Positions 51,258-64,000 of a stretch of 64,000 nucleotides of DNA are shown here, one piece after another. The translations under genes and the position numbers were made by a program. This DNA is from Malacoraja senta (lineage: Eukaryota), in contig JAXLNO010000543.1 in NCBI GenBank assembly GCA_038087875.1, positions 62,001-126,000 of the forward strand. The letters run 5' to 3'. Position 1 is the first letter of the stretch, and the number at the start of each line of letters is the position of its first letter. The notes beneath the pieces were generated by a model. That model was given only the letters and a program-made list of their open reading frames with translations, was not told where the DNA came from and ran no database searches.

Positions 51258-52204
51258 GTCACTCCATGGGTTTACTTTGACAATATATCTGAGGATATTC
51301 AACATTCCTGTTCTTTGATAACATAACTTCTATTGGCTTCATCTTGAACACTCACAGCCATGAATCCCTGGTGATCTTATTCTCTGAAATCAATTCATTG
51401 AAATGCACTGTTATTTATCTCCATAATGCACTGGAGTTTTTTGTGGTAAGACTTCTATAACAACATATCCCAAACCTGTGGCCTCTACACCATAAAGATT
51501 GAGTGCAATGGATGCATGGAAGCACAACATTCCCCACGTTTTGCTCCGTCACACAAGGGGCAATATGGAAAGAACAGGAAATGCCAGATCTGCCTGTGAT
51601 GCCCTCATTCTTTAAATCAATAAACAAATGTCTGAAAGATAATGTTTAGAATAAAATGTTGCTGTATCTGTTCCTGCCCTCATTTTTATGTGCACACACA
51701 CTGGTCATTGGAAAATTGGAAAGGTCCCAAGACATAAACTCCTGCCTGAGATATTAATGTCTTGTGAAGTCAAGGTGTGTCAACCCGTAAGATTTGTATT
51801 GCCACTTTTGATGAAATGAGCACACCCAGCAGACTTGTGATTAGTCCCAGATTATTGGCAGCAGGATATGTGCAGTTTTGCTTCTAATTACTATTTCATC
51901 CTGGTGACGTTCCTTACCAACATTCAAAAATTCCCATCAGTGATCTCAAATTGGTCTAACTTTACAACCAATACGAAAGCTTGATGTCATTCAGAAGATG
52001 GGGACCATGGATAACACAAACCCATAGACATTGGGGCCCAGTTATGCTTTTTAATGTTGCAACTAGTCACAGTCCTGAAATTGAAATTGGACAAAGGTCA
52101 AAGTTCCCATTCATGAAGAGGAGGATTGCCCTGGTTTTTCATTATTCAATCCATTTACCCAATGATGGCACAAAGTGTCACTGTCAGTACAGGCAGCAAG
52201 AATG

Positions 52205-54397
52205 AGCCATTATTATCTAAATTGTGTCAAATTGGGGAAAGGGGAAGTACAACGGGATCTGGGGGTCCTTGTTCATCATTCATAGATACATAGATACATA
52301 AAAAATAGGTGCAGGAGTAGGCCATTCGGCCCTTCGAGCCTGCACCGCCATTCAATATGATCATGGCTGATCATCCAACTCAGTATCCCGTACCTGCCTT
52401 CTCTCCATACCCCCTGATCCCTTTAGCCACAAGGGCCACATCTAACTCCCTCTTAAATATAGCCAATGAACTGGTCTCAACTACCCTCTGTGGCAGAGAG
52501 TTCCAGAGATTTTTTCTCATCTCGGTCTTAAAGGATTTCCCCCTCATCCTTAAGCTGTGACCCCTTGTCCTGGACTTCCACAACATCGGGAACAATCTTC
52601 CTGCATCTAGCCTGTCCAACCCCATAAAAAATTTGTAAGTTTCTATAAGATCCCCTCTCAATCTCCTAAATTCTAGCGAGTATAAGCCGAGTCTATCCAG
52701 TCTTTCTTCATATGAAAGTCCTGACATACCAGGAATCAGTCTGGCGAACCTTCTCTGCACTCCCTCTATGGCTATAATGTCCTTCCTCAGATTTGGAGAC
52801 CAAAACTGTATGCAATACTCCAGGTGTGGTCTCACCAAGACCCTGTACAATTGCAGTAGAACCTCCCTGCTCCTATACTCAAATCCTTTTGCTATGAAAG
52901 CTAACATACCATTCGCTTTCTTCACTGCCTGCTGCACCTGCATGCCTACTTTCAATGACTGGTGTACCATGACATCCAGGTCTCGCTGCATCTCCCCTTT
53001 TCCTAATCAGCCACCATTTAGATAATAGTCTGCTTTTCTGTTTTTGCCACTAAAGTGGATAACCTCACATTTATCCACATTATACTGCATCTGCCAAACA
53101 TTTGCCCTCTCACCCAGCCTATCCAAGTCACCTTGCAGTCTCCTAGCATCCTCCTCACAGCTAACATTGCCCCCCAGCTTAGTGTCATCTGCAAACTTGG
53201 AGATGTTGCCTTCAATTCCCTCATCCAGCTCATTAATATAAGTTGTAAATAGCTGGGGTCCCAGCACTGAGCCTTGCGGTACCCCACTAGTCACTGCCTT
53301 CCATTATGAAAAGGACCCGTTTACTCCTACTCTTTGCTTCCTGTTTGCCAGCCAGTTCTCTATCCACATCAATACTGAACCCCCAATACTGTATGCTTTA
53401 AGTTTGTATATTAATCTCTTATGTGGGACCTTGTCGAAAGCCTTCTGAAAGTCCAGATACAACACATCCACTGGTTCTCCCCTATCCACTCTGCTAGTTA
53501 CATCCTCGAAAAATTCTATAAGATTCGTCAGACATGATTTACCTTTCGTAAATCCATGCTGACTTTGTCCAATGATTTCACCACTTTCCAAATGTGCTGC
53601 TATCCCATCTTTAATAACTGACTCTAGCAGTTTCCCCACTACCGATGTTAGACTAACTGGTCTGTAATTCCCCGTTTTCTCTCTCCCTCCCTTCTTAAAA
53701 TACTCTTCAATGAAAGTAAGCATGCAGATACAGCAGGCGGGGAAGAAAGCGAATGATATGTTGACCGTCATAACAAGAGGAGTAGTATAGAACCTAAGAG
53801 ATCCTTCTGCAGCTGTACAGAGCCCTAGTGAGACCACACCTGGAGTGTTGTGTGCAGTTTTGGTCTCCAAATTTGAGGAAGGACATTCTTGCTATTGAGT
53901 GAGTGCAGTGTAGGTTCACAATGTTAATTCCTGGGATGGCGGGACTGTCATATGCTGAGAGAATGGAGCGGCTGGGATTGTATACACTGGAATTTAGAAG
54001 GATGAGAGGGAATCTTATTGAAACATAAGATTATTAAGGGTTTGGACATGCTAGAGGCAGGAAACTTATTTCCGATGTTGGGGGAGTCCAGAACCAGGGG
54101 CCACAGTTTAAGAATAAGGGGTAATCCATTTAGAACGGAGATGAGGAAACACTTTTTCATACAGAGAATTATGAGTCTGTGGAATTCTCTGCCTCAGAGG
54201 GCAATGGAAGCCGTTTCTCTGGAAACCTTTAAGAAAGCGCTAGATAGGGCTCTTGAAGATAGCGGAATCAGGGGATATGGGGCAAAGGCAGGAACGGGGT
54301 TACTGATTGTGGACGATCAGTCATGATCATATTGAATGGCGGTGCAGGCTTGAAGGGCCGTATGGCCTACTCCTGCACCCATTGTTTATTGTCTATT
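52205..54397 (+). mobile_element. Older CR1 3' fragment (52205-52280 and 53706-54397) split by an antisense CR1
   Basis: ...VQRDLGVLVHHS continues as MKVSMQIQQ after the insert. ORF 54018-54326. ATTGTCT-type tail. Confidence 0.85.
52281..53703 (-). mobile_element. 5'-truncated CR1 RT region, degenerate
   Basis: NYRPVSLTS, YLDFQKAFDKV, GVPQGSVLGP and KFADD motifs. CATAGATA tail at 52281. Confidence 0.92.
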
Positions 54398-54744
54398 ACT
54401 TTAAACCTGGAGGAATGGAAAGAATGATTCTGATCTATTTCACTTACCACAGAGATGAGTGAAACTGAAAGATAGGTCATTGCGATTACTGACCTGGAAA
54501 TATACACATGCTCATCCATCATATTCTTCATGCTGGTCGATTTGTCTTTAAATTTGAAAAATAATTTTAAGGTTGTTTGCTGTCTTCGTCAAGTAGACAT
54601 GATCAATTGAATAATAGCATGAATACTCTGAAGGAAATAGTTATAATGATAACATTGTAAAGTGATGTATCCACAGATATTTTGCACGGGTAAGTTTAAT
54701 GAAGTTGGCCATAACAGATTATGAGCATGTTTTATTTTTCACAG

Positions 54745-54867
54745 GATTGAATGTTCCAAAGCCAGAATTCATGACAAATTGGAGCAGAAGGCATCAAACC
54801 CAAGTATGCGAATCTAGCGATTCAGATGAGGATTCGACACCTAAACATCTAACAAAAAATCCAAAAC
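54745..54867 (+). CDS. PRDM9: PRDM9-like exon following the KRAB exon (123 bp, phase 1 to 1)
   Basis: GLNVPKPEFM...SSDSDEDSTP resembles PRDM9 GLRATRPAFM...EDSDEEWTP. ACAG/GTAA splice sites. Confidence 0.85.
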
Positions 54868-55186
54868 GTAATTTAAATTTGTTTGAAATATGTAATTGTT
54901 TTTCAAATATAATTGATTTGAATCAGTTTGGCCATTAGCCTATGGAATCTATTGCAAGAGAGATTTTATAGTTATCTTTGGAATGGTTGGATACTTGGTA
55001 AATTTAATAATTTTTCACAATGTGTTATTCATGAAGTGCAAATTTACTTTTCCTAATTTTAACTTTTGTGATATGCTGCTTCCATTTTTAACTCAAATAC
55101 ATTAGATATATCTAGAATTGCCAAACTATTGAGATACAGTCTTATTTTTCCAAAGCAGCACTGATGTGGCACTCTTTTTCCCTAAG

Positions 55187-55257
55187 GAGTCAGAATCTTT
55201 CGGCCTCCTTTCAAGAATGAAAATGGCAAGAATACCGAAAGAAAGTCTGTCATAAAG
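55187..55257 (+). CDS. PRDM9: PRDM9-like short exon (71 bp, phase 1 to 0; RVRIFRPPFKNENGKNTERKSVIK)
   Basis: Polypyrimidine-AAG acceptor and AAG/GTAAGA donor. Frame is open and phase-compatible. Confidence 0.7.
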
Positions 55258-55719
55258 GTAAGAACAGAAATTATTCCCAGAATAAAGGACGTGAGAAAAC
55301 GCTTTTATGAATCAACAGAGTGGCTCTACATTAGCATTTTATTTTCTATTGGATCGAAATGACTGTTTTTTAGAAAAATCTTCATCACTGCTGTTGGAGT
55401 CAGGATCTAATGTGGCACCTTCATGCCCACGTTGGTTCTGCATGCAGCCTATCACCGCTGGCGACTCGCCAGCAGCCTCACGAAAAGGTCCAGCCACAAG
55501 AGCTCAATAACAACTCCAAGGTCAGAGGCACTAATTGGCCTTATCTACACACTGGTTATGATTGTTGAGAATGTATGTAAAAGGGGCTTCTGGAATAAAC
55601 GTGACACGTGGTGTCTGGCTCAGCTAAGTATCGGTTCTTCTTTGCTTTCTGTCCTGGGATTCAGTGGATCCTACACTAACATTCACAAATATATTTTTAT
55701 TGTTGAAAGAGGGTCAACA

Positions 55720-56440
55720 TACAATGAATTTCATTTGCCATACAGTCATAGCAATAAAAAGCAACAGAACACACAAAATACATGTTAACATAAACATCCA
55801 TCACAGTGACTCCTCCACATTCCTCACTGTGATGGAAGACGACAAAAAATTCAATCTCTTCCCTTCTTTGTTCTCCCGCCATCGGGAGCCACGAGCCTTC
55901 CGTTGATGGGGCGATCTTGGATCCCGTAGCCGGTGGTCGGGGCCTCCGCATCGGGGCGATCAAGCCCCTGCATTGGGGGGGGGGGGGAATCTCAGCTCCC
56001 CCGCGCTGGGTGATCTGACCCCAGGTCGGGGCTGGTCGAAACCTTCTGCGACTGGAGCTTCCCGATATCGGTCTTTACCCGAGACTGTGAGCTCCTCGAT
56101 GGTGAAATCTGTAGGCTGCATTTGGAGCGTCGATCTCAGGCAAGGGATCGGCTCCGATGGCAAGTCCTTCACCTCGTGGTGGGGCACAATGTCAGTCCCG
56201 AGCAAGGCTTCTTGCTTCATGGTGTTAGGCCACAGAGCGACTGGAGATACGATCCGGAAAACAATCGCATCTCCGGCAAGGCAGGAGATTGACAAAGTGT
56301 TTCCCCCCCCACCCCCCACCCCCGCCTAAAACAAACCAGGGAACATTAACACATACTTTTAAAACTCACTAAAAATAACAAAAATATGAAAAGACAGACA
56401 GACTGTTGGTGAGGCTACTATCGTACGGCGCCCCTGGTGG
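55720..56440 (-). mobile_element. GC-rich non-autonomous retroposon-like repeat
   Basis: Ends shared with 50968-51257; no credible ORF. Confidence 0.5.
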
Positions 56441-57777
56441 AAACAATCAAGAAGTAGAAACAATTTATTTGTGTCCTTACGAATCATAGTTTGCACCAAA
56501 TTGTCTCATTACAGGTCATAAAAGATTTGTGAGGTGCCACTGAGGAAATTAAGTAAGGCACAGTGTTTGTTAAAAGAATCAAAAGAGCAACAGGTAATTC
56601 TGTTGGTAAAAGTGAAACTCAAAATGAGCGACTCCTGTACATTACAGTAAATAATTGAGATGAGATAATGACCTTCTGACTGCCACCAGGTCAATTAAAT
56701 TAAATTCATAGAATATGTTGCATATTATGTAACTAACTTCCATGTTTTACAGTTTAACCACTTATCTGACTTGAAACATGTAATTAGGTTATTTTTGGCA
56801 CGGTGCATTGGTAGCCAAGGCAATGGTGGAACAATCCAATTCAAGAGCACTGAATTGTGTTCGATCATGCACTAATTTTTCTTTTAACATTAATCAATAA
56901 TGCCGACACACTGATTTGTTCTTATTTTGTATTTTCCGTTTTAGCTGGTGAAGCCTGCGAGACATTTTCATTGAAGAATTTATTTATTTATTTTTATTTA
57001 ATTCTTTATTTCGAACCGAATAAAAGAATAAAAAGCAAGTGTGAAACAGCATACAAAAAAACTAAACAAGAATATTTATAAAGTGTTATAAACAATATTT
57101 ATAAATAAATGAAATTGTCCGAAAAGGAGCAGGAAGAAGCCAAAGCTTATTAATTCCCACCCCTTATTCAACTGCTTATAATTATCTTATACAAATTTAG
57201 CAGCTATAAACACCTATTTCCATATGTGCACCAATTTATTTACATTTATACACTAATCAAATATTTACAGCCATACAAAAAAAGAGAGAAAAAAAGAAAA
57301 AAAGAAAAAACCCTCATGTACTATACAGTATCTCTTAGTCATATATACAACCCATCACCCTATAATCACCCTTCCCAATACAATCAGTATAATAAATATC
57401 CTCATCCCAATATCCTTTAAAAAAAGTGTTTTTGTACATGTTTAAACTGAATCATGTTTGTGCTAAGTTTTATCTCCTGTTCCAAACCATTCCACAAATT
57501 CTTTTTTTTTTTTTTTATTATTATTATTTTTTTATTTTTATTTATTAGAAGTACATTACATTACAACCACATACATTAATACGTCATTTGTATCTTCTTA
57601 CAATTAATGTACTCCCTTTATTTATTTATTTTTACACTAGAAAAGGAAAAGATTGAAAGAAAGAAGAAAGTGAAGGAAAAAGTGAAAGTGTAGAAAAGTG
57701 TAGAAAATGTAACAACAAAAAAGGACGAAGACCCTATAAGAGCGAAATTAAAAATAAAAATAAAAAAAAGAGTTAAG

Positions 57778-57866
57778 AGATAGGCCCTAGGAAAAAAAAG
57801 AGAAAGAGAGGAAAAAAAAAAAAGTTTTTTTTCCTCTCTTTCTCTTTTTTTTCCTAGGGCCTATCT
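57778..57866. repeat. Perfect inverted repeat (~41-bp arms) in the L1 3'UTR
   Basis: AGATAGGCCCTAGGAAAAAAAAGAGAAAGAGAGG... is followed by its exact reverse complement. Confidence 0.95.
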
Positions 57867-57982
57867 AGTTTTTTTTTTTTTTTTTTTTAAAGTATTACGT
57901 AAATAGGACATACCAACTCTTCAACTATCATCCCCCCTTACCTGACCTCAATTTTTTATTTTTTTTAAAGTACTTTTGCACC

Positions 57983-60900
57983 CTATGTTTGTAATAATTC
58001 TATAAATGCAGACCACGTCAGGTGGAAGTGATCTGGTTTACCTGCTAGGAGGAGTCTTATCTCTTCTAGGTGTAATGTTTCAAACATATTTGAAATCCAC
58101 ATATTTATAGTTGGTATTGGAGCCTTCTTCCAAAATTTTAGAATTAGCTTTTTTCCAGTTATTAACCCATAGTCCATTAATTTCTTTTGAAACACATTTA
58201 GTTCTGGATCATCTTCCGTTATTCCGAAGATAATCCATTCTGCTTTGGGTATCAGTCTTGTTTTAAATAACTTTGTAAAGATTTCAAAAATTTCATTCCA
58301 AAATTTTTGAATTTTTGTACAGAAGACGAATGAGTGTGCTATAGTAGCTTCTTGGGATTGACATTTATCACAAATAGATGATACGTTTGGGAAAATTTTA
58401 TGAATTTTAGTTTTCGAATAATATAATCTATGTAAAATTTTAAATTGTATTAAAGTGTGTCTTACATTAATCGAGCATTTATGCACGTTTAATAAGTATT
58501 CATTCCAACTTTCCTTTGAAATTTTAATAGCTAACTCTTGTTCCCAGTCTCTTCTGATACCCTCCGTAGGTGGTATTTGTACATTTAAAATAATATTATA
58601 CAAATATGATATTAAGTTTGCTGATTCCGCTTTTATCTGCATTGCCTCGTCCAATACATCTACTGGGTTATTATAATGATCTTTTGTATATTTTTTCAAA
58701 TAGTCGCATATTTGAAAATATTTAAAATATTGATTATTTCCGAGTTTATATTTTATTTGTAATTGTTGAAATGAAAGTAATTTTCCAGTTTCATACAAGT
58801 CACCAAGCGTTTTAATTCCTAGTCTATCCCATTGTGTATAAGCTTTATCTATAATAGAAGGACTAAACGAAGGGTTATTGACTATAGGTAATAAAAGTGA
58901 TAAATTTCTTAATTTTAAATTTTGTTTTATTTGTTTCCAAATACGGATTGTACTATGAATAATTGGGTTCTTATTATAATTTATGTTATTCAGTTTCATT
59001 GGAGAGAGGAGGATCGCTCCAATGTTTCTAGAGGAGCAATCCTCTTTCTCCATTACAATCCAGTCTACTTGCTGGGCGGAGTTATCCATCAGTTGAATCA
59101 TGTTTTTAATATTTACTGACCAATAATAATACATAAAATTAGGTAGTGCTAAACCCCCCAATACTTTAGGTTTATTCAGATGAGTTTTTTGTATTCTATG
59201 TGATTTATAGTCCCATATAAAATTAGTGATATCTGAGTCGAGTTTTTTAAAAAACTTCTTAGGTAAGTATATAGGAATTGATTGAAATAGGTATAAAATT
59301 TGTGGTAAAAAGATCATTTTTATTGCGTTTATTCGGCCTATTAAAGACATCGGGAGCTTTTTCCAGAATTTAATTAGTGTATTTAATTTATTAAGTAGGG
59401 GGTCAAAATTTGCCCTGAACATACCTTGATATGTTCTGGTAATTTCGATTCCCAAATATTTAAATTTTTCTGTAGCTATTTTAAAAGGGAATTTTAAAAG
59501 ATGTGTTGAATCTTTCGGTTTTATTGACATAATTTCACTTTTATTCCAATTTATTCTATATCCAGAAAAAGATCCAAAGTCTTCAATTAAATTTAATATA
59601 TTTGGTATAGTGATTTGAGGTTTTGTTATATATAGTAATATATCATCCGCGTATAAAGATATTTTATTATATGAGTCTTCAGTATTATATCCATGAATAT
59701 CAGGGTGTATTCTAATTTTTTCTGCTAGCGGTTCAATAATGAGAGCAAACAGCTGTGGTGATAATGAGCATCCTTGTCTATTTCCCCTTGATAGTTGAAA
59801 TTTCGAGGATAATATGTTATTAGTTAGTATTCTAGCTGTAGGTTTGTTATATAGTAACTTAATCCATAAAATAAAATTCTCTCCCAGTTGAAATTTTTGT
59901 AATACTTTATCCATATAATTCCATTCTACTTGATCAAATGCTTTTTCAGCATCCAGCGAAATAATTGATAATTCTTGATCTTCAGATTTGTGTGAGTGCA
60001 TTATGTTGAGTAGACGTCTCATATTATTAGAAGAGTATCTCTTAGGGATAAACCCTGTCTGATCTGGGTTTATTAATTTACTAATGTATTTACTTAATCT
60101 TCTAGCTAATGTTTTCGCTAATATTTTTTGATCTGTGTTTAACAATGCTATAGCTCTATATGAACCAGGTTCTTCTAAATCTTTATTTTTCTTGGGTATT
60201 AATGTAATCGTTGATTCCGCTAATGTATCAGGTAGTATTCGTTTTTTAAAAGCGTATTGGTACATTTTTTGTAATCTTGGTATTAGTTTATCATAAAAGC
60301 TTTTATAAAATTCATTAGTAAATCCATCAGGGCCTGGTGTTTTTCCATTCTTTAATGAGTTTATTGTATCTTCTAATTCCTTAATTGAGATTTGTGCACC
60401 CAGTTCCTCTTGTTCCTTCAGCTCTAACTTTGGAAGATTACAGGTATCCAAGAACTTTGTGATATTATTGGAATCAATTATCGTTTTAGATGTATACAAA
60501 TTCTCGTAAAATTGCGCAAATCTTTTATTAATATCCTTCGGTGTTGTTAATAATTCCCCTTTATCTGATTTGATCTTTGGTATAGTATGTTCCTTTTCTC
60601 GTTTTTTTAGCTGGCGAGCCAAAAGTTTATGCGGTTTATCCCCAAATTCAAAGTGCTCTTGTTTTGTAATTTGAAAAAGTCTTATAAGTTTGGCAGATAA
60701 TAATTTATTTAATTTAAATTTTAAAATTATTATTTTATTATGTTTATCTATTGATGGATCTTTAGCATTATCTATATCCATTTGTCTAATAAGTTCTTCT
60801 AACTGTCTTTGTTCATTCTTATTCTTTTTATTTTGAAAAGCTTGATATGAAATTATAATACCCCTAATGTATGCTTTAAAAGATTCCCAAAATAAAGTAG

Positions 60901-61772
60901 GCGATATATCTGAAGTATCATTTGTTTGAAAAAAGACCTCCATTTGTTCTTTTAAATATATACTCGCTTGTGGATCTTTTAAAATTTGAGAATTAAATCT
61001 CCAGAACGATTTATTCTTAGACAATCCTTCCAGTTTTAAAAAGAAAGTTAGTGGGGAATGGTCTGAAATTGAATTTGTATGGTATATTGCATTAGATGTT
61101 TGGGGGATTAATTTTGTATCCAGCAGAAAGTAGTCTATACGTGAGTATGTCTTATGTACCATTGAGTAAAACGAATATTCCCTGCCAGTTGGATTAACAA
61201 TTCTCCAAACATCTGCTATATTAGTGTTATTTATATAGGTATTGAGGAGTTCCCCAGTTTTCGATTTCATATTCCCTCTCTGTTTTTGACTTGATTTATC
61301 TAAGTACGGGTCTAAAACACAGTTAAAGTCTCCTCCTATTATAACATTTTGATTGTTTGACTGCAATTATGTTGAAAATTTTATTGAAAAAGTGGGGGTT
61401 ATCAAAGTTAGGGGCATATATATTTACCAAAGTAAGTGGAGTGTCATGGATTACTCCATTAACTATTAGGTATCTCCCTTCTATATCTGTTATAATATTC
61501 TTTGCTTTAAATGGTATACCTTTTCTTATGATGATTGACGTGCCTCTAGATTTTGAAGTAAATGAAGAATGGTATGTTTGACCTATCCATTTCGCCCTCA
61601 GTCTAACTTGATCCTGAGGTTTTAGGTGTGTTTCTTGTAGGAAGGTAATGTCAGAGTTGTACAGTTTCAGCTGAGCTAGTATCTTACCCCTTTTAATAGG
61701 TTCGTTAATACCTCTTATATTCCAACTACAAAATGAGATTCCTCCTAGGTTCTTTTGTGTGGTGTCATGCAT
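57983..61772 (-). CDS. L1 ORF2p (AP endonuclease, RT, Cys-rich domain) with a single frameshift near 61360
   Basis: SWNIRG/LQETH in 61323-61772. GGDFN, SDH, QGCSLSP, YADD and CDKC...HSFVFC in the 1127-aa ORF. Confidence 0.95.
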
Positions 61773-63321
61773 TTTGAATAATTATAGTACCTTTGAATCT
61801 TGTGGTGCGTCCATATCCCAGGTCTTTAGGTATTGGGGGAGTTTTTGAATTATTAAATGTTGCTGGTATGTCCATTTTACGCTTATCACTAAACACAAAA
61901 CACAAACAAGTGATTTTATGTGGTAAAAAAAACCCTAAAAAAGTGAGGCTACAGTGTCTAATATAGTCGGCACTGTAGCGAGTGTCCCACCTGTAGGTGG
62001 GAAAAAACCTTGTTTTGACTTCCATTGTGTTGTTACACAAATAGCTCCGCTCTCTTAGTTAATCATAACATATTAAAATATTAAAACGAGGCCTCACATT
62101 CAGATATATAATACAATTTTACCCTGATATTTCCTTATAACATATATATATATCGGAGTTTAATTATTAAACCAATATTTTTTACTTCAATAAGAATCAA
62201 CTGTTGGTTGAAGGGGTTAACGAGATGTGCCCCTGGACATAAGCCAGGTGCTCGTTTCTCATCCCCTCCTCCCACTTATAGATAAGGTTACAATTTATTA
62301 AAAATTCATATTAGTATGTTAGTTCATTATTTTTTATTTTTGTTTTTGTTAGTATTCTAATCTAACCTACATAACTTGTTAAGTTGTTAATAGGATAAGT
62401 TCTTACAATTGGTTATAATATTTTAATCAATAAGCAATTATTTTCTGGTTTATATTCCAACTGTTCAGTTGTTTACACGTTTTGAACAGAAAATGTCCTT
62501 GATTCAACATTCCAAAGATAACAGTGTAACTATCCCCAGACAAAGCATTGCTTAGAATGGTACAGCTCTGCCAAAACTCCCTTTCATTTCTGTTTTTCAA
62601 CGATAGTTTGGGCATATTTGAATGCATCTTCAGGCTTAACAAATGACTTTTCAAGACCATTAAAGGAAATACGCATTTTCGCGGGATAAAACCCCCCAAA
62701 TCTGATCCCTTCTCTCCCTCTTAAAAGATCTTTAACCTTATCAAATTTGTTTCTTTTTTGCACAATTTCATACGGGTAGTCCCTGAATATCTTAATAGTG
62801 TCCTTGTCCAGCCGCAGTTGTACACCGTATTTGATTTTGCTCATAACATATTCCAGTTCTACAGTATCCCGAAATTCCACAAATTCACCCCACACATTGC
62901 TGTGCACATACTTTTAAGAGTTCTGACATTGAGTTTTTTTAAATTAAGTTCCCCTCTCAAATTATACCCACCTGTCTTTCCATAAACAGTTTTTGTATAT
63001 TTCCTGGAAGTATTTTTTGCTTTGTACATGATTTGTGCACTTAAATTTAACCAGATCGGTGAACTTCAGTGTATGTGACCTTAAGAATAATAAATTGGTA
63101 TGTTCAAGGTATCCAACGTTATTGATAATTCTTATTGCTCTTTTTTTTAATGTGCATAACAGCTGTAGGTTGTTTTTGTAGGTGTTACCCCATATCTCCA
63201 CACAGTAACTCAGATATGGCAATATGAGTGTATTATACAGAGTATGTAATGATTTGTGGTCCAGAATGTGTCTTGATTTTCCCAATATTGCTATAGACTT
63301 TGCCAGTTTTGCTTTGACGTG

Positions 63322-63797
63322 TGTTATGGCAGAATGTACCAGCTGATAGTCACGGCCTACGCGAGTTGTACCAATGTCCCATAAATTCCAGTTATCCACT
63401 AGACTCCGTGTTTAAGTTAAACAAACACTGATTTATTTTGTAAGATGTCCAAAACTTACATGCACGGGCAGGAATGTTTAATCACAGTAAAACACAGTCC
63501 GACACGGTAAGACACGTCCGACACGATACGACACATTAAGAAAACCGTTTGACTCCACTTGTTATTTTGTGTGCTTCTTACTGTCTCTGGGGCACCATTT
63601 TGTTCTTTCAGCACTAAAGCACTAAAGCCAGGTGAGCAGCAGCCCCTCAACAGGACATACTATATGTTTATCAAACCTGATAAACCAGTCTGTTCTAGAC
63701 ACAACATGAAACATACACAGCAATTAAACATTATCTCACTATGCTTATTCTGCGTGTTACAATAAAAGGAATTACAATATAATTCTTGCCCCTTACA
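63322..63797 (-). mobile_element. 476-bp solo LTR (possibly BEL/Pao)
   Basis: TG...CA termini. 5-bp TSD ACGTG at 63317-21 and 63798-802. AATAAA on minus at ~63432. Confidence 0.85.
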
Positions 63798-63866
63798 ACG
63801 TGGTTTATATGTGGTTTCCAGCAGATTTTGTGGTCTAAGATCACACCAAGAAATTTATTTTCACAT

Positions 63867-64000
63867 TGCAGCGGCACCAAACGTGGTGAATAAGGCCAGA
63901 CGTCAGGCAGGTTCAAACAGTAGTTTTATTCAGGTGCTACATGTTAAGTTGGTCCGCTAACGTAATTATCATTGCTGCTGTAGCTGAGCGAGGTTGTTCT
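63867..64000 (-). mobile_element. Probable 3' end of another LTR, running off the window
   Basis: Interrupts the Crack-like ORF. Minus strand reads AATAAA...GGTGCCGCTGCA. Confidence 0.45.

Larger units (their letters stand above)
57502..62873 (-). mobile_element. L1, 5'-truncated within ORF1, with an ~810-bp inter-ORF spacer
   Basis: 13-bp TSD ATTCCACAAATTC at 57489-57501 and 62874-62886. T-rich tail. ORF1 C-terminus at 62584-62873. Confidence 0.95.
56979..63866 (-). mobile_element. Crack/L2-like LINE 3' portion, split by an L1 and a solo LTR (pieces 56979-57501, 62874-63321, 63798-63866)
   Basis: FLGVILDHKICWKPHINHV|KAKLAKSIAIL...LYNTLILPYLSYCVEIWG...CGVNLWN|GLEQEIK rejoins across both inserts. 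Confidence 0.8.

Noticed and set aside
53304..53870. 188-aa ORF with a novel N-terminus
   Set aside because: Chimeric read-through across the junction of two opposite CR1s.
56945..56975. Possible next PRDM9 exon after a TTTTAG acceptor
   Set aside because: Stop after 9 codons in the required phase, and no donor before the LINE tail.
61765..62040. 91-aa spacer ORF overlapping the ORF2 start (ATGCATGA)
   Set aside because: The homologous spacer at 44292-44590 does not keep this frame; conservation fits RNA structure better.
62874..62907. Apparent N-terminus of ORF1 62584-62907
   Set aside because: It lies in the TSD and the flanking Crack-like LINE; the L1 is truncated at 62873.

Overview
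This is vertebrate genomic DNA. The CR1/Rex1/Penelope/L1/V-SINE repertoire suggests a cartilaginous fish (inference). The window runs from a satellite array into euchromatin. Positions 1-27.7 kb are a CpG-rich 25-bp satellite: kb-scale higher-order repeats at the start decay to diverged monomers, with Rex1 and CR1 insertions and a strand switch at ~26.33 kb. A ~2.97-kb tandem duplication (27.7-33.5 kb) follows. Positions 33.75-47.9 kb are one L1 insertion (15-bp TSD) whose 5'UTR-ORF1 is inverted. Four younger elements are nested in it: a CR1, a Harbinger MITE, a Harbinger (intact transposase plus a 7-exon MADF/Myb-like gene) and a second twin-primed L1. At ~49.8 kb a PRDM9-like gene begins (TATA box, KRAB-related exons). 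An inverted copy of its TATA and first exon/intron lies immediately upstream. The last 12 kb hold nested CR1s, a near-intact L1 inside a Crack/L2-like LINE, and solo LTRs. The top leads are the covarying RNA stem-loops shared by the long inter-ORF spacers of two divergent L1s, the mirror-image PRDM9 promoter, and the immobilised two-gene Harbinger. All calls were made by eye, with no database searches.
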